Shown here piece after piece: positions 57,562-64,000 of a DNA stretch of 64,000 bases. The DNA is from Candidatus Woesearchaeota archaeon (GTDB lineage: Archaea > Nanobdellota > Nanobdellia > SCGC-AAA011-G17 > UBA489). The notes under the pieces are model-generated. The model saw only the letters and a program-made list of their open reading frames with translations, did not search any database and had not been told where the DNA came from. The stretch covers positions 59,556 through 123,555 of the forward strand of contig CAYIXG010000004.1 of the NCBI GenBank assembly GCA_964367375.1, written 5' to 3'. The position numbers and the translations under genes are program-made. Position 1 is the stretch's first letter. Every line of letters starts with the position of its first letter.

Positions 57562-57819
57562 TTGTTTCTCATGAAAAAGATGGTGCACCAAAAACTCCCT
57601 ATCCACATGCAAAAAGGTACACTTATGCTTCTCCTCTTTGGCTTGCTCCTTATCGGAATCATACTCCTCTTCATAGGCATTTCCCAACCCCTCTTCGGTG
57701 TTGACGCGAGTGAAGAGGCAGCACGCATCAGAAAAGACCTTCAAGGAAACATTCAAAACGTTGAGAATGAAATTCTTGAACTTGAACAACTTGTCATCGT
57801 TGATGATCAACAATCCTAA
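57562..57819 (+). CDS. small membrane protein (85 aa)
   Basis: TM LMLLLFGLLLIGIILLFIGI and a short coiled tail. Confidence 0.3.
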   Translation: MFLMKKMVHQKLPIHMQKGTLMLLLFGLLLIGIILLFIGISQPLFGVDASEEAARIRKDLQGNIQNVENEILELEQLVIVDDQQS

Positions 57820-57832
57820 AATTTTCTTCTTT

Positions 57833-60172
57833 TTATAATGTAAACGTGAAGGGAGCAGATGTTGCTGCAAATCCATTCACCAAGAATGGATTGTTTAAAT
57901 CAATTGTCACAAAGTTTCCATACACTGTAATACCTGCAATTGCAGGAGCATTCGGCACATCCCATGTAATTGTACCATTCCCATTTGCATCAGTATACCC
58001 AACAGTGTTTGAGAACCCTACTATCTGCGGCGTGCTTAACACCAGCTGGAACACAAAGTCATCAGTCAACGGCAATATTGCCCCACTCGGCAAGAGAATA
58101 CCTGGCGTTGTTGACAGAGACATCAAAAAGAGGTATAACAATCCTGGACCATCAGGATCTGAAATAGTGATGTTCACTTGCGATCCCACTTGCACGCTTG
58201 TCGGGGCATAGATTGAAGGTTGCGCTGCTGGCGCTGGAATTTCCTCATAGGAAAGCACGACTGCAAACGGCTGGCTTGGGAAAGGCACATTCTTCCCGCT
58301 CACCTTAATTGTATATGCACCGCTTACTGGAGTTTGGATACGCACCTGCTCCACATTATTAATTGTGTCTGTTGTGTCACCAAAAGGAGCATTCCAATCA
58401 TTCCCATTAAACACTGCCCCTGAAGGATCTGTCACAATCAAATCAATATCATTCACCAAATTCACTGGTGAAATCAATGAAGCTTCTTTATCTGTCCAGA
58501 CTAGTGTAACCTTTATCGGCTTGTTTGGCCCTGCATACACTGTGTATGTCATGTTCTGACTGGTGTTAACTCCTGTAGGCTCATCAACAAACCAGATATT
58601 GTGATGGCCTGGTAAGGAATTTGTCATATTTAACCTTCCCCAGCCTGACTCATTGCTTGGGATGCCAAAGCCCATGTCATCCGCACCATTAATCAACGAG
58701 GCTTTTACTAACGCGCTACTCGGATTTATGGAGAAATTTGTCAGATAATACTCACGCATCAAGGCTGCAACGCCTGAAACCATAGGAGCTGCCATGCTTG
58801 TTCCTGTACACTGTGCATAATTTGGCGTCAAACTATAAAATGGAGAGTTTAAGAAACACGTTCCCCATATATTATTCACGCTACTTTTTGTTGAAAAGAC
58901 TAGATAACCTGCAGCCATCAGATCAGGCTTTATCCTTCCATCACGAGCCGGGCCTCTTGACGAACTTGCATACAACGCATTAATATTAGTAGGATAAGGT
59001 GTATGAATATTCTCATGCGCGCCCACAGAGATAACATTCTTTGCAACCGCTTGCGGAGAAATCGTTCCATTTCCAGATTGCCCTGAATTTCCTGCAGCAT
59101 ACACAATGACTATATCTTTATTTGTCCATGTGAATGTATCAATACTCTGCGAATCTGGAGTGTAATTTCCATACAATCCTGAATTGATTGATCCCCAACT
59201 ATTACTGTGCACTCGCGCACCTGAAAGATATGGAGGATTAAACAATCCAGTGCTTAATGGTGTTGGCGGAAAGACAGATGAGTTTCCTAAATCATTTCCC
59301 ATTGCTTGAAATATCAACTGCGCATTCGGCGCAGCACCTGCATAACTTCCTGCAAATATGTTTGCTGTAGGAACGCTTCCTGACAAGTTCCCATTTCCCA
59401 GTGCAGTTCCTGTCACGTGCGTTCCATGCCCATTTATATCATCTGGAGACGTGCTTCCAATTGTTGCAACATCTGTAATACTTATAATTCTTCCCTCAAA
59501 ATCATCATGCATTGACCCATTATTTACTCCTGTATCAAGCCCTGTATCTGCAATTGCAATGATCTGACCATTTCCAAATAAGTTATAATTATCATGCGCC
59601 CCTTGCGCACCCGCAATCACTGTCGATGCGTCATTCAACACTTGATATTGCGGGATTTCTCCCACCCATTCGACACCCTCAATCATTGCAACCTCATCCA
59701 CATTTTTTTTGTTTACTCTAATATCAATACTGTCTTCATGTACCTCTTTGATGCTTACTCCTTTCTCATTCAACTTTTCCAGAATCCATTTCTTATCTGC
59801 ACCATCAAATAAGGTTACTCGCGCTTCAGTTCCTTTCTTTTCACTCAAAGACGCATCCCTATGATCTTTCGACGCGTATCTTCTCCATTCTTTCACTCCC
59901 TTTTTTCTCTGCAAATCATCAAGCTGACCTTCATCAGCACGCACAATATACGCAACCTTTATTTCATCTCCTTCTTTGTGCGTCACCACTCCCTCTATGC
60001 TGACACTCTCTCTTACTCCATCATACACCTCTTGCAACACAGGATATTCCACATCAACAAGATAAAACGCTTCTTCACCATTGACTGCGCCCACAGATAC
60101 TATAGATACTATCATTATAAGTGCCATTCCCAGAGCAATACCCCTTCTTTTCCTTCCTTTTTGGAATACCAT
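57833..60172 (-). CDS. secreted subtilisin-like serine protease (S8) with C-terminal beta-rich extension
   Basis: D in IIAIADTGLDTG, H in HGTHVTGT, S in GTSMAAPMVSG. Signal peptide. Confidence 0.85.
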   Translation of the reverse strand: MVFQKGRKRRGIALGMALIMIVSIVSVGAVNGEEAFYLVDVEYPVLQEVYDGVRESVSIEGVVTHKEGDEIKVAYIVRADEGQLDDLQRKKGVKEWRRYASKDHRDASLSEKKGTEARVTLFDGADKKWILEKLNEKGVSIKEVHEDSIDIRVNKKNVDEVAMIEGVEWVGEIPQYQVLNDASTVIAGAQGAHDNYNLFGNGQIIAIADTGLDTGVNNGSMHDDFEGRIISITDVATIGSTSPDDINGHGTHVTGTALGNGNLSGSVPTANIFAGSYAGAAPNAQLIFQAMGNDLGNSSVFPPTPLSTGLFNPPYLSGARVHSNSWGSINSGLYGNYTPDSQSIDTFTWTNKDIVIVYAAGNSGQSGNGTISPQAVAKNVISVGAHENIHTPYPTNINALYASSSRGPARDGRIKPDLMAAGYLVFSTKSSVNNIWGTCFLNSPFYSLTPNYAQCTGTSMAAPMVSGVAALMREYYLTNFSINPSSALVKASLINGADDMGFGIPSNESGWGRLNMTNSLPGHHNIWFVDEPTGVNTSQNMTYTVYAGPNKPIKVTLVWTDKEASLISPVNLVNDIDLIVTDPSGAVFNGNDWNAPFGDTTDTINNVEQVRIQTPVSGAYTIKVSGKNVPFPSQPFAVVLSYEEIPAPAAQPSIYAPTSVQVGSQVNITISDPDGPGLLYLFLMSLSTTPGILLPSGAILPLTDDFVFQLVLSTPQIVGFSNTVGYTDANGNGTITWDVPNAPAIAGITVYGNFVTIDLNNPFLVNGFAATSAPFTFTL

Positions 60173-60263
60173 GTTTAATTACATCCAAACATAACTTTTA
60201 TATAACCCTTTTGCTTCCCTAATCACCTCATAAAACCATTCATTACAAAAAAGAGGATCATCA

Positions 60264-62021
60264 ATGAACCACACACTCCCTGCGTTTATCCTTCTCAGCC
60301 TCCTCATTATCATTCCTATCGCATCCGCACAACCCACTTTCCTTGACCAAGTCTTTTATTCAGTATCCCTCCTTTTCACTGACTACTTTAAAATCACGGG
60401 ATACGTCGATCGCTTACTTCCAAACCAAGAAGCAGACGCTGATGGAGATGGCATCGCTGATATAAATGATAATTGCCCCACCATCGCAAATGCAAACCAA
60501 TTAGACAGCGATGGAAACGGCGTCGGAGATGCTTGTGATGATGGTGATGGAGACGGCGTGTATGATCTTTCAGACAACTGCCCCTCAACTGCAAATACAA
60601 ACCAGCAAGACTGCGATGATGACGGCACTGGAGACGAGTGCGATGCAACACCAGACCCTAATTGTGTTTGTAACCCCTCACCCAATTCTGCATGCTCTGG
60701 AGGAGGATTTGTAGGCGATGCTGACAGCGATGGCGTTGCTGATGACGGAGATAACTCAGGCTCAACCACCAACGCTCCTTGCCAAGGAGGAACATCCAAC
60801 TGCGATGACAACTGCAGACTTGTCGCAAACGGCCCTTTATTAGGAACTTGCAGCTCCAACGGCGCCCCCTGCTTCGCAAACGCTGCATGCCCAAACAGCG
60901 GAACCTGCAGCCGTTCCCAAGAAGAGTTAGATGATGACACTATTGGAGACGTATGCGACCCTTGCACAGACTCTGACAGCGACTCCTTTGGAGACCCTTC
61001 TTTTTTTGCAAACACCTGTTCACTCGATAACTGCCCGAGCATCAGCAATCCTAATCAATTAGACACAGACAGCGACGGCCTCGGCAATGCGTGTGATCCT
61101 TGCCCTGCAGATCCTCTCAACTCACCAGCATGCGCAAACAGCATTATCAGTGCAGGCGTTTTAGACAATGACAATGATGGCGTTCCAAACGCACAAGATA
61201 ATTGCCTTTACGATTACAACCCTAACCAGCAAGACTCAGATCAGGATGACATCGGAGACGAGTGCGACCTCTGCAGATTTGACCCCACTAATACCTGTAA
61301 TCCTAATCCTACTTTACAACCCCTCCTTCAAGACAGCGACGGCGATGGACACCATGACTTTGTAGACAACTGTGTTGATGTTCCAAACCCCACACAATCT
61401 GACGGAGACCAAGACACTGTCGGCAACGCGTGTGATGTTTGCCCAAACATTCCTGACGGCCCTTTCATTGGCACCTGCTCTGTCAGCCGCGTGCCTTGCA
61501 GCGAGGATTCAGAACCCTGCATAGACGATGACATTTGCGTCAAAGACCAGCAAGACTCGGATGATGATGGCATCGGAGACCTCTGCGAAAGCAGATTTGC
61601 TACCTCTCCAGACATTCTCGAAGAAACACCCTTATCTCCTGAAGACATCACCAGACAACGATTCACCCTTTTCCAAGAAACCTCACTTGAGGAACAAGAA
61701 GCCATCAGAAAACAGCTCGAACAATACCCTCTCGATGACCCCAGACAAATCACTGAAGCCCTTGTCAAGCTGGGATACATTGAAGCAGAACTGTACAGCA
61801 TTCAAACCAATATCAACACCCTCAAAGATTTAGATCCTGAAAATGCTCAGTATGAGGACATCCAAGCACACCTTGATTTTGTCATCACCCAAACGAATAT
61901 CCTTCAAACAGAACTTAAACACCAACGCGCCACTACTCAAAAAGTCTCACGCGTTCCTCTTTACAATCTTGGACGCCAACTCAAACAAGCCCTTAGCAGC
62001 CTTCATCGAATCTTTCAATAA
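60264..62021 (+). CDS. secreted Ca-binding protein with many thrombospondin type-3-like repeats
   Basis: More than 12 D-x-D-x-DG-x-x-D-x-C motifs (DADGDGIADINDNCP, DSDGNGVGDACD, ...). C-terminal alpha-helical region. Confidence 0.7.
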   Translation: MNHTLPAFILLSLLIIIPIASAQPTFLDQVFYSVSLLFTDYFKITGYVDRLLPNQEADADGDGIADINDNCPTIANANQLDSDGNGVGDACDDGDGDGVYDLSDNCPSTANTNQQDCDDDGTGDECDATPDPNCVCNPSPNSACSGGGFVGDADSDGVADDGDNSGSTTNAPCQGGTSNCDDNCRLVANGPLLGTCSSNGAPCFANAACPNSGTCSRSQEELDDDTIGDVCDPCTDSDSDSFGDPSFFANTCSLDNCPSISNPNQLDTDSDGLGNACDPCPADPLNSPACANSIISAGVLDNDNDGVPNAQDNCLYDYNPNQQDSDQDDIGDECDLCRFDPTNTCNPNPTLQPLLQDSDGDGHHDFVDNCVDVPNPTQSDGDQDTVGNACDVCPNIPDGPFIGTCSVSRVPCSEDSEPCIDDDICVKDQQDSDDDGIGDLCESRFATSPDILEETPLSPEDITRQRFTLFQETSLEEQEAIRKQLEQYPLDDPRQITEALVKLGYIEAELYSIQTNINTLKDLDPENAQYEDIQAHLDFVITQTNILQTELKHQRATTQKVSRVPLYNLGRQLKQALSSLHRIFQ

Positions 62022-62767
62022 ACAACTTTCTTTTTTATAAGCATCCATCCTCCAATAATGAGAGGAATGGATAGCCACTGACCCATTGAGAGACTTGCAA
62101 TTATTACCTCTGGCTCCTTTACAAACTCAATCCCAAACCTGAATACTCCATAGCCAACCAAAAAAATGCCAAACAATTGACCATCTTTCTTCACATACTT
62201 TTTACTTAGCACTGCAATTCCTAAAAGGAGAAGATTCTTTGCTGCTTCATACAACTGCGAGGGATGCCGAAAACCTTCTACATTCTGAAATTTTACCCCC
62301 CATGGAAGACTTGTGACCTTTCCATACAATTCCCCATTAATAAAATTTGCAACTCTTCCTAACGCAAGCGCAATCGTTACTGGAATCACTGCAACATCCA
62401 ATAATCGTAGCAAGGAAATTTTTCTCTTTTTACAGAAGATATAACTTACCATTAAAGCCCCTAATAAACCCCCATGAAAAGACAATCCTCCCTTCCAGAC
62501 TGCAATTATTTCCAGGGGATTTGCCAGATAATATCCTGGATTGTAAAAGATAACTTCAAAAAGACGCGCACCCCCCACCACTCCCAGAATTAACCATCCT
62601 ATTAAATTGTCAACGTCCTTTTCTTCAAGAATAAGATATCCTTTTTTTACTGCATGCCTGAGAAAAAGGTAAAAAATGACAAAACCGAGGGCATATATCA
62701 CCCCATAATATCGAATCTCCACTGGACCCAGATTTACCAACACCGGATCGATGGCATGATAGAACAT
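62015..62767 (-). CDS. lgt: prolipoprotein diacylglyceryl transferase
   Basis: N-terminus MFYHAIDPVLVNLGPVEIRYYGVIYALGFV. Lgt signature GRVANFINGELYGKVTSLPWGVKF. SFHGGLLGAL. Confidence 0.75.
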   Translation of the reverse strand: MFYHAIDPVLVNLGPVEIRYYGVIYALGFVIFYLFLRHAVKKGYLILEEKDVDNLIGWLILGVVGGARLFEVIFYNPGYYLANPLEIIAVWKGGLSFHGGLLGALMVSYIFCKKRKISLLRLLDVAVIPVTIALALGRVANFINGELYGKVTSLPWGVKFQNVEGFRHPSQLYEAAKNLLLLGIAVLSKKYVKKDGQLFGIFLVGYGVFRFGIEFVKEPEVIIASLSMGQWLSIPLIIGGWMLIKKKVVY

Positions 62768-62824
62768 ATATTTGATACCATCGCATTCTATATAAAATCA
62801 TTGCTCTGGCACAGCATTCACACC

Positions 62825-63568
62825 ATGCACCCCAGCATCAAAATAACCTTCATCGGAGGACTTGTTGCACTCATTTTCCTCATTGGATTTTTCGCTGGAA
62901 ATATTCCTTTATTCTCCTCATCTTTATCCCCCTTAAATACACAGCCCATCGAAGGACGCGTTATCACCAATAAGATTGTTGCTGTTGATGATGCAGGCAA
63001 AGGGGTTGTTGCAGAACTTACCACAATCATTCGAGACGGCTCAGGACTTGTGCTTGTCAATATTAATGACGTGCTCGCAGACTTAAATGCGCAATACAGC
63101 GCACGCACTGCCACAAAAGTGGCAAGTGACTACACCAAACGCAATCTCGACACTGTGGATGTCATCTTTACCATTAATACTCACTCCCCTGTGGGCATTG
63201 TTGGCGGACAAAGTGCAGGATCCACCATGGCACTCAGCCTCATCGCTGGACTGCTGAACAAAACCATTCGCAGCGATGTCATCATGACCGGATCCATCCT
63301 GGAAAACGGCACTATTGGCGAAGCGGGTGCATTGCAAGAAAAAGCAAAGGCAGCACGAGACAATAACGCAACTCTTTTCCTGATTCCTGCAGGCAGCGGA
63401 AAAGTTATCAAAGGATACGCTAAAAACAAGGAATGCGAGACTCGCAGTGGATATGAGTACTGCACCCTTCAGTATATTGCTCGGAATGTTGACATAGGAG
63501 ACGTTGCAGGACTTGATGTGAAAGAAGTGGCGGACATCGCGGAGGCAGTCACCTATTACCTCACTTGA
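62825..63568 (+). CDS. membrane-anchored Lon-protease C-terminal (S16) domain protein
   Basis: TM at the N-terminus. GGQSAGSTMALSLIAGL has the catalytic Ser context. IMTGSI...GALQEKAKAA has the Lys context. No AAA+ or PDZ domain. Confidence 0.65.
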   Translation: MHPSIKITFIGGLVALIFLIGFFAGNIPLFSSSLSPLNTQPIEGRVITNKIVAVDDAGKGVVAELTTIIRDGSGLVLVNINDVLADLNAQYSARTATKVASDYTKRNLDTVDVIFTINTHSPVGIVGGQSAGSTMALSLIAGLLNKTIRSDVIMTGSILENGTIGEAGALQEKAKAARDNNATLFLIPAGSGKVIKGYAKNKECETRSGYEYCTLQYIARNVDIGDVAGLDVKEVADIAEAVTYYLT

Positions 63569-64000
63569 CCATGATTCCTTATCTCCTTAAACGGACGCTG
63601 CGCAAATTGCTGATACCTGTTCTTTTCATCTTTCTTTTTGGCCTCATCACCGGAGCAATTATTTATCTTTCTCTTCAGAACCCTACAGGGTCAACTATTA
63701 CTGATACCACAAACAAAAAAAACATTATTCCTTCACTTTCTTCTCTTGAAGGATATACTGCTGTTGATGTTGCCGTTGTTGAAGAAGGCATTCTCCTCAC
63801 TGCAAACTGCAACATGCTCTTCTTGCGCACCACTTTTGAAAACGCGTACTCTGTGAGCAGAGGATTACTTCACGAAATCGAAGCCAGACCAAACCCCCAT
63901 GACATGGCATCAGACATCATTGAACACTTCTCCCTTACCATTGATCATGTGATCATTTCTTCATTGAAAGATAACTTGTATACTGCGTACCTTGTCGTGA
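63569..64000 (+). CDS. BFN/DUF151-like (bifunctional nuclease) domain protein, partial; continues past the window
   Basis: Open frame MIPYLLKRTLRKLL...VEEGILLTANCNMLFLRTTFENAYSVSRGLLHEIEARPNPHDMASDII...NLYTAYLVV. Confidence 0.45.

Noticed and set aside
1-64000. Scan for tRNA/rRNA genes and CRISPR arrays
   Set aside because: No cloverleaf-compatible segments with GTTC-type T-arm motifs, no rRNA-like stretches and no regularly spaced repeats were found in intergenic regions.

Overview
This 64 kb window reads as a chromosomal segment of an archaeon with a compact genome, about 42% GC and about 70 genes; a DPANN-like lineage is plausible, inferred only from markers such as L7Ae, S28e, L24e, aIF5B, a proteasome beta subunit, an aCPSF1-type termination factor and an archaeal GluRS. 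Most genes are well supported. Informational genes include the L7Ae-S28e-L24e-ndk operon, aIF5B, GluRS, tRNA-dihydrouridine synthase, exonuclease III and aCPSF1. Metabolic genes include uppS, trxB, a Glu/Leu dehydrogenase-family gene, a putative fermentative amine/arginine-type cluster (ACD-alpha, two aminotransferases, ALDH, SpeH-like, a divergent transcarbamylase, a COG2403-like GTPase, carbamate kinase), NAD kinase and an M42 peptidase. A large accessory complement encodes secreted, surface and membrane proteins. No CRISPR arrays, rRNA or tRNA genes and no obvious mobile elements were seen. The main observations for follow-up are: (i) an operon encoding a ~1030-aa glycoprotein-like surface protein in which 7 tandem ~51-aa repeats sit inside a LamG domain, translationally coupled to a MinD/ParA ATPase; (ii) bacterial-type Lgt and FabF-like genes in an archaeal context, next to a membrane-anchored Lon-protease-domain protein; (iii) a thiol-redox cluster with a tandem desulforedoxin-like mini-protein; (iv) a divergent transcarbamylase (STRTR changed to SLRTE) with a COG2403 GTPase and carbamate kinase; (v) four dispersed low-GC TrmB paralogs; (vi) several small or low-complexity proteins, including an acidic EEAFMxGY module and a Tyr/Arg-rich secreted protein.
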